From NCBI GenBank assembly GCA_002811645.1, contig PDIP01000008.1, forward strand, positions 265,357 through 302,946: 37,590 nucleotides of DNA, read 5' to 3'. The notes beneath the pieces are model-generated. The model had not been told where the DNA came from and searched no databases. It worked only from the letters and a program-made list of their open reading frames with translations. Shown piece after piece: positions 21,534 through 31,308 of this stretch (within the stretch, counting starts at the first letter, position 1; each line of letters begins with the position of its first letter). Source of the DNA: Corallochytrium limacisporum Hawaii (taxonomy: Eukaryota > Protista > Pluriformea). The translations under genes were made by a program, and so were the position numbers.

Positions 21534-24500
21534 TCAACGCCGAGCGCGACGTCTACTCTTCTCCGAAGGCCATGTCTTCGTCTGCACCTTTGGTTCTTCA
21601 CCAGTCAGTTCCTTGTACAAACCTCGCAGCTGTTCCAATTCGATGCCCAGACGTTGCAGCTCCTCTTCCTTAACCTGTGCAGTGGCCTGGGGAATATAAG
21701 CTGAACCAGGACCCCGAAGAACATTATTCCGAGATGTCCATTCACGACTAGCCTTCGTCAGCCGTCGTTCTAGATTGGCTGCCACTCGCTCCGCATTATT
21801 TACCTGATCCTTTGTCAAGAAAAGGGAATAGTCTGAGCTTACAGGCATGATAATGCCATCACCAAGCTTTCCAATGACCTCTTCCCGGGTGGCACTTGGA
21901 GGATTGATGTCAACGCTAAGGTCTGCACGGCCCATTGCACCGATGACAGGCAGCATGGCAACAAAATTGGCCTCACTGGCAGCCTCAATTGTTCCACAGA
22001 GCACAATAATATTCTTGACTTCAGACGATGCAATGCCAAGAACGTCTTTCAACCGTCGAATACTTCTTTTCAAATTTCTGGCGTCGATCATGGGTCCCAG
22101 AAGTTCTTCAGAGACTTTCTGACCCGTCGCCCGTGTGGCCTCCGCGAAACACGGGTGCCGGACACGATTGATTGCGCACACTTGTGCATCTCCGTTGCCA
22201 TTGGGATCCTCGCAGCCATTGAGTACGTGATGCATGTAGATGGTATGGAATGGTGCTATGGGATAGGACAATCGTAGCAGGGTTTCAATTGCAAACCGGA
22301 GGGTGCGAGCCACGTGAGCACGACCTTTGTCATCACCATTCCCGAGCAAGTATTTGGTTTGTTCCATGTAGTCGTTAGCGAACATTTCTACCCAGAACTT
22401 GCGAACAGCAGTGAAGTACACTCCAGGGGTAACCTCAGTTGGCTTCAATTCTGAGTAATCTAAGTCTTGCGCGAGAGACATCAGTTCGTAGATGAAGTAT
22501 CGGTTGGCGGGATGGACACTGCAATCGTCAAGAAGGGCCAAAGTCTTCTCGCCTTCTTGGACATATCGCTCTTCGGTCCAGGCTTCCCTGATATCAGACC
22601 CTAATGATGTATCCATCAGAGTCTGCTGGACGTATTTTGTGGCGTTGTAAATTTTGTTGAGGAATGCACTGTTATTCTTTGCTTGGCGCATATCAAAGTT
22701 TACGGTCGAGACCTCCGAATAACCCAAAAGAGCCAGCCGCAGCGCATCAGCTCCGTACGCAGGGAATCCATTGGGATAGTTCCGGTCAATGGCTTTCAAC
22801 CCTTTTGCTACTTCCCCATGCTCCACATTGCTTTCCAGTAGACGTTTCTTCAGCGCCTCTTGGCTTGCACCTTGAATAACATCCATGGGGTCGATGACGT
22901 TGCCCTTTGACTTGCTCATTTTTCTTCCTTCGCTATCACGTACCATGCTGTGGCACCAAATCTGCGTAAACGGATACTCATCGACCAAAAAGTGATTGGT
23001 CATCAGCATCCGTGCGACCCAAAAGAAAATAATGTCGTGACCTGTCTCCAATACAGTGTTTGGGTACAGTCCCGTTTGCTTCAGCTCTTGGCCGTTCTGT
23101 GCTTCATGCGGCCACCCAGCTGTGCTGATGGGCAACAAGGCAGACGAAAACCACGTATCCAAGACATCTTCATCTCGCTCGAGACGGTATTCTGCATAAT
23201 CATGTGGATATCTCTTCTTGAGTTTCGCTTGCGCTTCCTCCACACTCCCAGCGATGATCCATTCATCTGTGGCTGTAGTGGCGTCTTCAGAGATCGGAAG
23301 AGCGCGAAAGGCTGGGATCTGATGACCCCACCACAACTGGCGAGATATGCACCAATCCTCGATGTTGGCGAGCATTGTCAACAATTCGGACGCGCATCGC
23401 TCAGGTCGGATCTGAATTGTGCCCATCTCCACCGCTTTCTTCAGCTGCTCAGCCATTGTGGTCATGGAAATGTACCATTGGGGCCGCAGCAAGGACTCAA
23501 TTACATCACCCGTTCGGCTACACGTCTTGACTACCATATCATGCTGGTGCTTGCCGCGTACAAAATTCTTTGATGATAATTCTTTAAGCAGGCTACGGCG
23601 AATATCCAACCTGTTCTTTCCCCGATAGCGCTGTGGTACAAGATCCGTATCCAGCATAGTACCATCATTTCCGATTACATCTACAACCCGCAGATTGTGT
23701 CGCTGGGCACATTCATAATCATTGGCATCGTGTGCTGGCGTGACCTTCACAGCACCGGTGCCCTTGGTAGGATCCGCCAAAACCCCATCGGCAATGACAG
23801 GCACTACATGTCCCGTGGCTGGGTTCAAGACTGATCGGCCGATGAACATTTGATAGCGACCATCGTCTGGGTGCACAGCGACTGCCACGTCGCCAAACAT
23901 TGTTTCTGGCCTCGTTGTCGCAACGCAAATCTCTTGGTCTTTATGTACAGTACCGGCCTCATCAACCAAGGGGAACGCAATGTCGTGGATCGCCCCGTAC
24001 TCTACCTTGAATCCGTTTATGTTCATCACAGTTGGTTTAGTGATCGACTGTGAGTCCACTTCTACGTCGGAAAGAGCAGTCTGAAGAGTGGGACACCAGT
24101 TCACCATCCGATTCGCACGGTAAAGCAGACCTGCCTCATGCATCCTCAAAAATGCTTCGTTCACTGCGGAGGTATGATGGTCATCTAGCGTAAAAAATTC
24201 CTGGCTCCAGTCCAGCGAAAGCCCAAATGCCCGTAACTGTGTACGAATAGTCTCTCTGCGGGCCTGGCTCCATTGTTTTGCGACATCAACAAATTCAGCC
24301 CGTCCCATATCCTTGCGCAGCAGATTCTCTTTACGATGAAGAATTCGTTCCACAACTGCCTGAGTAGCAATGCCGGCGTGATCTGTACCAGGGATCCAGT
24401 GGACCCGCCGTCCAGCCAGCTGTGCCGTCTTCGCCATGAAGTCTTCGATGCAGACGGTCAAAGCATGCCCAATGTGGAGGTTTCCAGTCACATTCGGTGG

Positions 24501-24743
24501 TGGTAAGAGCATGGTAAAAGGTTTCTTTTCCTCACCTATGGGTGCAGGTCGTGGTTTGTCGTCTAAGTGATTTTGCACGCGCTGTTCTATGACCCCCGTC
24601 TGGATCGGTGTTATAAACTTCCAATCATCAACGCCATTTGGCTCACTTGCCCCGCAATATGCAGCCGCTGGCAATCTTAGAAGGTTCTGGCGTACTCGCA
24701 CTTGTGAAGATCCACGCCAAGCAACGAACTTGAGGAATGACAT
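21534..24743 (-). CDS. VARS2: Valyl-tRNA synthetase, probably mitochondrial
   Basis: PPPNVTGNLHIGH, DHAGIATQ, editing domain TTRPET and GTGAVKVTPAHD, DWCISRQLWWGH, KMSKS; Arg-rich, acid-free N-terminus resembling a presequence. Confidence 0.93.
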   Translation of the reverse strand: MSFLKFVAWRGSSQVRVRQNLLRLPAAAYCGASEPNGVDDWKFITPIQTGVIEQRVQNHLDDKPRPAPIGEEKKPFTMLLPPPNVTGNLHIGHALTVCIEDFMAKTAQLAGRRVHWIPGTDHAGIATQAVVERILHRKENLLRKDMGRAEFVDVAKQWSQARRETIRTQLRAFGLSLDWSQEFFTLDDHHTSAVNEAFLRMHEAGLLYRANRMVNWCPTLQTALSDVEVDSQSITKPTVMNINGFKVEYGAIHDIAFPLVDEAGTVHKDQEICVATTRPETMFGDVAVAVHPDDGRYQMFIGRSVLNPATGHVVPVIADGVLADPTKGTGAVKVTPAHDANDYECAQRHNLRVVDVIGNDGTMLDTDLVPQRYRGKNRLDIRRSLLKELSSKNFVRGKHQHDMVVKTCSRTGDVIESLLRPQWYISMTTMAEQLKKAVEMGTIQIRPERCASELLTMLANIEDWCISRQLWWGHQIPAFRALPISEDATTATDEWIIAGSVEEAQAKLKKRYPHDYAEYRLERDEDVLDTWFSSALLPISTAGWPHEAQNGQELKQTGLYPNTVLETGHDIIFFWVARMLMTNHFLVDEYPFTQIWCHSMVRDSEGRKMSKSKGNVIDPMDVIQGASQEALKKRLLESNVEHGEVAKGLKAIDRNYPNGFPAYGADALRLALLGYSEVSTVNFDMRQAKNNSAFLNKIYNATKYVQQTLMDTSLGSDIREAWTEERYVQEGEKTLALLDDCSVHPANRYFIYELMSLAQDLDYSELKPTEVTPGVYFTAVRKFWVEMFANDYMEQTKYLLGNGDDKGRAHVARTLRFAIETLLRLSYPIAPFHTIYMHHVLNGCEDPNGNGDAQVCAINRVRHPCFAEATRATGQKVSEELLGPMIDARNLKRSIRRLKDVLGIASSEVKNIIVLCGTIEAASEANFVAMLPVIGAMGRADLSVDINPPSATREEVIGKLGDGIIMPVSSDYSLFLTKDQVNNAERVAANLERRLTKASREWTSRNNVLRGPGSAYIPQATAQVKEEELQRLGIELEQLRGLYKELTGEEPKVQTKTWPSEKSRRRARR

Positions 24744-25465
24744 GCTTCGTGGTCTTCGTTTGCAGAAACGTGCATCTTATGACACTCCCTCCATTGTGCC
24801 TTATAGTCTGGCTATCTTTCCTTCTTTATCTCACTTTCTTGTCGCAAGGTTTCCACTCAATTACAAAAAGAAGTGGTCTTGAAGTACCGCCTACGTTCTG
24901 TGGCGATGAAGTTGTGTTGATGAAGACTCGCACCCTCAAACCGGACCGTACGCATTGTGTAGGCACCAGGGTTCTCCATCAGAAATCTCGCGCGTGGGGG
25001 CCAGAGGGGCCCTTCACCCGACTAGGGTGCGAGTGGCACAGAGGGCACAGAGCGGGGGAGATTTGAATTAGTCCCCAACAAGCAAGCGGGATCTTGTACG
25101 CTGGCCGTCCTGATCCCTTTCCGCACCACCTTTATCCGTACCATTGCAACAGACACACTGATACAGCACATCGAATCTTGGGGAGTTGAGGTTTGGTTCC
25201 GCTTTCGTCCAGGACCAATCTGTCCAGCAATAAGATATTTGAAGGATAGGCATAGCCGAGGAGCCCACCTCTTCACAGTTGGTTTGACATTCCGCTTATG
25301 ACCCATTCGGAGAGACACAGGACGCATATATGGCATTCGACTGTATGGTCAGTGAAGCAGCAATGACCCGTATCACTGGGAAATAGCATTATCAGGATGG
25401 CTTGGTTCGATCTTCATGTCCGTTAGTGTCAGGAACTGTACGAGATCCAAGTTTGCAGGCGTATC
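24744..25465. promoter_or_regulatory. Bidirectional promoter ValRS/1426-aa orphan
   Basis: 722-bp spacer with a G-run core (about 24990-25060). Confidence 0.55.
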
Positions 25466-28400
25466 ATGATAGAGGCACTGGTCCATCTTCGGTCGCGGCC
25501 TATGCATGCGCGTATGCCCCGGTCATCAATCCGATTCTACGCAAAAGAAGCAGGAAATCGAAGAAGACGTGTCAAGACAAAACGAAAGAGCTTAGAAAAG
25601 GAAGAAGTAAAGAATGTTGTATCGTCTGTATCTACACAAGAAGCAGAAGCAAACGAGTTTTTCACGTCAGAAGCAGTTCCAGCATGGCTTCGGGCTCGGG
25701 TGGCTGTCGGATCGTCGGAAGGGATAAGAGCTCGTTCACAGCTCACGAGGTCAGTACACATTGGTTCCCTGATTCCACCACCGCTTGTTCGGAGTCCTCT
25801 TAGTCAATCCCTGATGTCAACCATTTCCAGGTCTCGGGATCATCAGATCAATGATGTACACACTCTTCATGAAGAGTCACAAGAGATGCTTAGCTATCCC
25901 AGGCTATCAGAGGACCAAAAGGCCACTTTGAAGCAACATATTCGCACACTGGCAGTGGAAGGCGATCTTCTCGAAGCCTGGATGTTCAGGGAAAGATCAG
26001 GGGCAACAGACGAAATCGAGATATTGGAGACTCGAGGTATTCCAGTCGACCTCAATGAACACAGTGACCTAGATGTTTTGGCATTCGACATCAATCGGCG
26101 GTGTAAAGAGCCTGACTGTGGTCTGGCCCGGTCGGTATTAAATGCAGTTCATGATTTTAGGGCTCTGTACTTGAATCCAGCAGCGATAACACTCTCTGCG
26201 TTTACTGGTGATGCATCCTTTCTTCTTCAGTATGTTGATGGAAAGAACCTCCAAGGTAAGGAAGAAAAAGATATGCCTCCTGAACAGCAGGCTCCTGAAC
26301 AGGAGGGTCCGATGTGGAATTTCCCCAAGGGTGCGGGTGTTATCTCACATGAAGATCATATGAAGATTATGGCATTTGGTAAGCTTGTGAGGTTTGGCCA
26401 CATCGACGAGGCATGGAAGGTGCTGAGCAGTTTTAATGAACACCTGGCCGACGGGTTAAGGTTGCCACTAGCGCGTATGATGCTTGATCGTGGTCTGGAG
26501 GAGGCAATTGATAGCAAACGCTTTGGTGCTTTGGTTCATATTGCAGAGATTGGTCTTGAAAAGCAATGGTTGCGACCCAGCAGCTTTGGGGCAGTTGTAG
26601 GTGTGCTCTACGGACTTGATCGAGGTCAAGGTGTGCAGTTGGCTCATAGGCTTCTTGGGCATGCCGAGCGACGAAAACTCCTCACGGAATCTGAGTGGGC
26701 CCGGGCTGTGTGGAATGGACTCCTATCATGCAAATGCCTAGATCATGCCCGGCGTTGGTGGCCAAGAATCTTGTTAACTCATCGAGACCTAGGTGCAGAG
26801 CGACTTTCGGACATCTGGAAACTATTTCTCTACCGGACATTGGCAGCACACTCCGTGGAAACTGCAACAGACCCTCTCATACTCTTACCACAGGCGCTCA
26901 GAAATGACCCATTTAATGCACTTGTAATGGGGACCATGTCCGATGAGCAACTGGCGAACGAATACGCGAGGGAAATGCTGGCAGTTGAATGGGCAAGCTC
27001 CGAAACCATCTCTTTCGAAACAATGCGCAAAATGGAGAGTCTGATTCTACTGTCAGAGAAGACCCGAAATGTGGAATTCTTGAACGTTGTGCGGGGCCAG
27101 TTGGATCAATCATGGGCAAAAACAAAATCCTTTGTCAATTTGCATCCGCAAATGCAATTGGATCTCACACGGTTATATCAAGCTCTCTTCAGATCCTTTT
27201 CCAGACTGTCTCAAACCGTAGAAGACTACGAAAACCTGTTTCAGGCTTTGCAGGTCATGCAAAAGCATGATTTCCCTCTTGACACGACTCGTTGGGAGCC
27301 GTTGCTCGCAGAGCTGGTGGATGCCGGACTGCGCCATGGGAATCGATTAGCACCGCTGTCAACTTTGGTTGACCGGACGGTAACTGAAACGTATGAAAAG
27401 CGACATTTGATTACTGCCATCGATATGCTCTCTGAGTTGAAGGAGAACCACCTTCACGAGGTCATTGAACAAGTGAACAAGGTCTTTGCTCTTGAGCAAA
27501 CACCAACTAGTCACATGCGCCGGTACGACCTCGGATCTCTCTTTGGAACTTTGTCATTGGCTATGATTGTGCACGGTGAACGTGTCATGGCCCTTTCCAT
27601 CGTCAAGGAAGCAAAGGAAGCTCATCATCCCGTGCCACCTTTTATGCTTGATGCGGCCGTATCAACCCTGGCACGACGTGATGGACCAGTAGAGGCATTT
27701 AAATTTTGGCTTCAGTGCTTCCTTTTGTACGAAGGACTTTTGAGAGCTCCTGTGACCCTGCGTGGAGCGCTCACAAACGAGAGTGTAACCGAACAGCTAG
27801 ATAATGTGGGAGGATTGCTTGCTCAGGATCATTTACGAGAGAGTCTGTGGATGGTCTGTGAGGAATTAAATACGCAGACTCACATGTTGAGGCCCAGTTT
27901 CGAAGATCTTGACGTACCTGACAAACTCGTTGCGTCTGTAACATTGCCATCACCTGAACCAGTCAATGGCACACGGGAGGTGAAGATCGCGACAGATAGG
28001 GTGGAAAAGAACCCCGAGAGAGCAGGTTCCAGTGAAGAGTCAATTGCACAAAAAGCAGTCGAATCCCTTCGCTTGACGAAGATTGATCGACCGAAGTCCA
28101 TTGTAGATCTTATACGGTGGGGTCTGGCTGATGTGGAAGCTGGCGGAGCGTTCGAGTCCATAGTGGTCTACAGTTTGTCGGGCATAGAGGGCAGACCCAT
28201 TTTAATGCATCCAGACGGCTTGTCATTGGTACTTGATAATGTTCGGGGAACTCGAACATTCATCAACACTCTGTGTTCCTCAGATGTGGAGTTAGGTAGC
28301 CGAGACCTCGCCAAAATATTCACGGCAATCATCAGAGTTCGAGCAAAGTCATCGCCAGTCAAGACTAGTGCACCAGAATTAGTCACGGTCCTCCGACAGT

Positions 28401-29746
28401 CCCGTCAGAGCTTCGATGGAATGCTCAGAGCGTTGCGACTTGTCACAGAGGAAATCACGGAAACATCCGAGGTTGCTGTATTGGCAAATACTATTGGTAA
28501 AGCCTCAGTGAAAATGGATCTGTCCAGTTTGGTTGCTATCGGGCAAAAGCTCCTGCTTGGCAACTCTGGACAAGCGGTCGGCTCGGCTCGGGCCGGTGAA
28601 GCAGAAGCTCTGAACCAGATCCTGAGGTTGATCAATGCAGAATCCGCACTGGCAGTTCCATTGCTGTTGCTGAACCACGTGCAAATCCTGGAGCGCGCTG
28701 ATAGAGCTGTTGCTGGGAAAGAGCGCACAGCAGTGATTGCGCTGCTCCGTTTTCTTGCCACGGGTGATGCATTGCCAACCGGGATCCAATTGCGTTCAGC
28801 GGACGGCCTCTCGGAGGCGTGGTCCTATGCTCTCTATCGATTGCTTCGCATGAAAGCGAAGTGGCCCGAGGATCCTGAGCTAACGCAAGTTACGGCAAGG
28901 CTGCGGCGTCGGATTCCAAATTCACTCACCAATTCAGTCCCGATGAAACTTATGGACTTGGAATTGCAGTTGGTTCACAAACCTGCCGACAACGCTCACG
29001 CTCTGTCGACTATTTTGCGAGGCAGTGACAGTTTGCGCACAGACAGATTGTTGGTCGAAGATCTCCAGCGAGTATTTCGTCCTCTGGTGCAAATGGCAGC
29101 CAATTGGTCAGTGAAGAATGCAAGAACACTATTGGATTGCTTTGAAATTCGAAGCGATTGCCTTGATTTGATCACACTGAAGGACATGGCAGCCTTGTCT
29201 TTCGATACCCGAGATCGCGCTCGATTGATATCGATTGTGTGCGATCAGTGTCGAATAGATGCCGGCACATTTACTAGTGCAATGAAAGCTGTGGTGCAGG
29301 AGCAGAGAAAGAACGCTGACACTTTGCGTCTTGTTGTCGACGGCACAGAGAAGTTCCTGCACCTTCCGCCGGAGCTTGACGATGTCCTCGTAGCTACCGA
29401 TGCGCAGAGCGATCCAACCTCTTACCGTTCGTGCCCGTCCATTTTGACCAGCCTGTTGTTGGACTATGCAACTTCTGAAGCGATTGGAAACGACGTGAGT
29501 CTGCTGAGGAGGGTATGGCGTGTATTGAGCCTTCGTTCATATGCCGATTCATACCCAACAGAGCAGCTGTGGAAGTGGATTGAAGCTCTGTGCAACGGGT
29601 CGCACCCGGACATTGCTACCCGAATGGCAGTTCTTTTGATCGATACGCCAAAAATTGACATGTCAGAAGTCTGCAAAGCTCTGCCCTTCGTTGAGAAAGA
29701 GCTCAGCAGCTCACCAGGCTTTCACGTGGCGTATGACGAAACATAA
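25466..29746 (+). CDS. Large Leu/Ala-rich, probably alpha-helical orphan protein with a mitochondrial presequence-like N-terminus
   Basis: 1426-codon uninterrupted ORF with atcATG context and a basic N-terminus (MIEALVHLRSRPMHARMPRSSIRFYAK). No family recognised. Confidence 0.8.
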   Translation: MIEALVHLRSRPMHARMPRSSIRFYAKEAGNRRRRVKTKRKSLEKEEVKNVVSSVSTQEAEANEFFTSEAVPAWLRARVAVGSSEGIRARSQLTRSVHIGSLIPPPLVRSPLSQSLMSTISRSRDHQINDVHTLHEESQEMLSYPRLSEDQKATLKQHIRTLAVEGDLLEAWMFRERSGATDEIEILETRGIPVDLNEHSDLDVLAFDINRRCKEPDCGLARSVLNAVHDFRALYLNPAAITLSAFTGDASFLLQYVDGKNLQGKEEKDMPPEQQAPEQEGPMWNFPKGAGVISHEDHMKIMAFGKLVRFGHIDEAWKVLSSFNEHLADGLRLPLARMMLDRGLEEAIDSKRFGALVHIAEIGLEKQWLRPSSFGAVVGVLYGLDRGQGVQLAHRLLGHAERRKLLTESEWARAVWNGLLSCKCLDHARRWWPRILLTHRDLGAERLSDIWKLFLYRTLAAHSVETATDPLILLPQALRNDPFNALVMGTMSDEQLANEYAREMLAVEWASSETISFETMRKMESLILLSEKTRNVEFLNVVRGQLDQSWAKTKSFVNLHPQMQLDLTRLYQALFRSFSRLSQTVEDYENLFQALQVMQKHDFPLDTTRWEPLLAELVDAGLRHGNRLAPLSTLVDRTVTETYEKRHLITAIDMLSELKENHLHEVIEQVNKVFALEQTPTSHMRRYDLGSLFGTLSLAMIVHGERVMALSIVKEAKEAHHPVPPFMLDAAVSTLARRDGPVEAFKFWLQCFLLYEGLLRAPVTLRGALTNESVTEQLDNVGGLLAQDHLRESLWMVCEELNTQTHMLRPSFEDLDVPDKLVASVTLPSPEPVNGTREVKIATDRVEKNPERAGSSEESIAQKAVESLRLTKIDRPKSIVDLIRWGLADVEAGGAFESIVVYSLSGIEGRPILMHPDGLSLVLDNVRGTRTFINTLCSSDVELGSRDLAKIFTAIIRVRAKSSPVKTSAPELVTVLRQSRQSFDGMLRALRLVTEEITETSEVAVLANTIGKASVKMDLSSLVAIGQKLLLGNSGQAVGSARAGEAEALNQILRLINAESALAVPLLLLNHVQILERADRAVAGKERTAVIALLRFLATGDALPTGIQLRSADGLSEAWSYALYRLLRMKAKWPEDPELTQVTARLRRRIPNSLTNSVPMKLMDLELQLVHKPADNAHALSTILRGSDSLRTDRLLVEDLQRVFRPLVQMAANWSVKNARTLLDCFEIRSDCLDLITLKDMAALSFDTRDRARLISIVCDQCRIDAGTFTSAMKAVVQEQRKNADTLRLVVDGTEKFLHLPPELDDVLVATDAQSDPTSYRSCPSILTSLLLDYATSEAIGNDVSLLRRVWRVLSLRSYADSYPTEQLWKWIEALCNGSHPDIATRMAVLLIDTPKIDMSEVCKALPFVEKELSSSPGFHVAYDET

Positions 29747-29786
29747 TATAGAATGAAATGTGTACAACTATAACAGCGAAAAAGCT

Positions 29787-30404
29787 TCACCTTCCTCGTC
29801 CTCGACCGCGGCCCCGGTTCGGCACCGATCCCGGCGGAGGTGGCGGCCTTGTCCCTGGAGGCGGAGGACGGAAGCCAGGAGGAGGAGGAGGCCTAAACCC
29901 AGGCGGCGGTGGAGGCATCATTCCTGGAGGTAACGGAGGCATACCAGGTGGTGGAGGCATCATGCCAAGGGGTGGCGGCGGGAGCACAGTACCCGCAGCC
30001 AGGCCCAAGGGTGGCTGTCCGGGTGGTGGAGGCGGTGGCATAGTGGAGCCCTTTGCACCCGTCCTTTTGCTGCCCTGTGTCATGACACTCTGTTGCTTTT
30101 GTGATGCAGGCATCCTATTTCTGCTAGATTGCCTTGCAGGAGGTCCTTCTACGCTAAGAGAAACAATGGTTTCGCCGCGCATAAGCATGAGACCGATTGC
30201 CCGACGTTCCTCTACAATGACTGACTGCCCATCTTTCTTCTTCTTGACGTCCCGGAATTCTTCCACATCTCCAACTACCAAATTCATGTGCTTATCGAAA
30301 GCTAAGAAGATGCCAACGTAGGCCCGACCATCTTTGATGATCAATTTGATGCGATAGCCTAGTAAGGCCAAAAGCCTGCCCGACTTCGGTAGTGACAATA
30401 CCAT
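29787..30404 (-). CDS. SNRPB: snRNP core protein SmB
   Basis: Sm fold (DGRAYVGIFLAFDKHMNLVVGDVEEFR..RAIGLMLMRGETIVSLSVEGPP) with a PPPGM/PPPGFR tail and RG end. Confidence 0.95.
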   Translation of the reverse strand: MVLSLPKSGRLLALLGYRIKLIIKDGRAYVGIFLAFDKHMNLVVGDVEEFRDVKKKKDGQSVIVEERRAIGLMLMRGETIVSLSVEGPPARQSSRNRMPASQKQQSVMTQGSKRTGAKGSTMPPPPPPGQPPLGLAAGTVLPPPPLGMMPPPPGMPPLPPGMMPPPPPGFRPPPPPGFRPPPPGTRPPPPPGSVPNRGRGRGRGR

Positions 30405-30948
30405 TCTTCTGCTTTGGATGAATTTCGAGCCTATGTCATGATTATGAAAGTTCAGTGAGATTCCAGACGTATTAAAATGGGGGCAGCTGCTTATGGCAGA
30501 CGACTGATGTCAGATTGCGTTTCCGTTAGCCCATGCAGATCTCTTCAAATACCCCGTGGGCCCTCCCGGCAAGAAGCACTTGGTATATCCCTAGCTGTGT
30601 GGGTCGCGTGCGTAGGGGTAACACCTGCAGCAGCAGTGGTCAAACGTTTTGCGCGCCCTGCGAAAACTGTTTTCGTATATTCCTCGAACGGGTATGTGAA
30701 ATTCCGGTAGACCTCAGGCGAGCATACAAGGCGTTCCGAAACTGTTGAAAATTGCGCGGTCGGTCGGGTGTTCAGTTTGGGCGATACAGTCCGCAGCAGC
30801 CGAAAACCAGGTAAACAGACAAAACACTCGTTCGTAAGGGGGTTCCTGTACCAGAGAAAAGCTATGAGAAGATTCCATACCACCTCCTGGCTAGTGTATG
30901 AACATTATCTCTGTTACCATTAAGCGATATCTTTCGGAGAACGCGGAC
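30405..30948. promoter_or_regulatory. Bidirectional promoter SNRPB/SPCS1
   Basis: 544-bp head-to-head spacer with GCGCG elements. Confidence 0.55.
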
Positions 30949-31233
30949 ATGGATTCAATAGAAAATCAGATCTTTGGGGGGTCACACGCTGACTTTGTCG
31001 GCCAAAAAAGAGTGGAGGCAATCATAAACCTGGGGACTTCGCTATCTGTTGCGATTGGCCTCTTAGTAGGTTATTACCTTGGTAATGCAACCTTGGCATT
31101 TCTGACATGCATCGGAGTTTGTGCGGCACTCTCCGTCGTTGTCTTGCCACCTTGGCCATTCTATCGCGTAGGTGACGTCAAGTGGCTTCCTCCAAAGAAG
31201 TCCGACAGTGGAAGTGATAAAAAGAACAAGTAG
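30949..31233 (+). CDS. SPCS1: Signal peptidase complex subunit 1 (SPC12)
   Basis: DFVGQK..E, two TM helices, VLPPWPFYR..KWLP. ATG 30949 (purine at -3) preferred over in-frame ATG 30898. Confidence 0.9.
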   Translation: MDSIENQIFGGSHADFVGQKRVEAIINLGTSLSVAIGLLVGYYLGNATLAFLTCIGVCAALSVVVLPPWPFYRVGDVKWLPPKKSDSGSDKKNK

Positions 31234-31308
31234 AGATACCAATCAAAACCACGTATACTAAATATACCGAAAACCAGTCTTTTGGTTTAATGTGAAATGC
31301 AAAATGAG

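Noticed and set aside
25380-25420. GGTTCGATC B-box-like sequence
   Set aside because: Flanks do not pair into a T-arm; no cloverleaf
29758-30321. 187-aa Gly-rich ORF antisense to SmB, and other antisense ORFs inside genes
   Set aside because: Shadow frames of real CDSs
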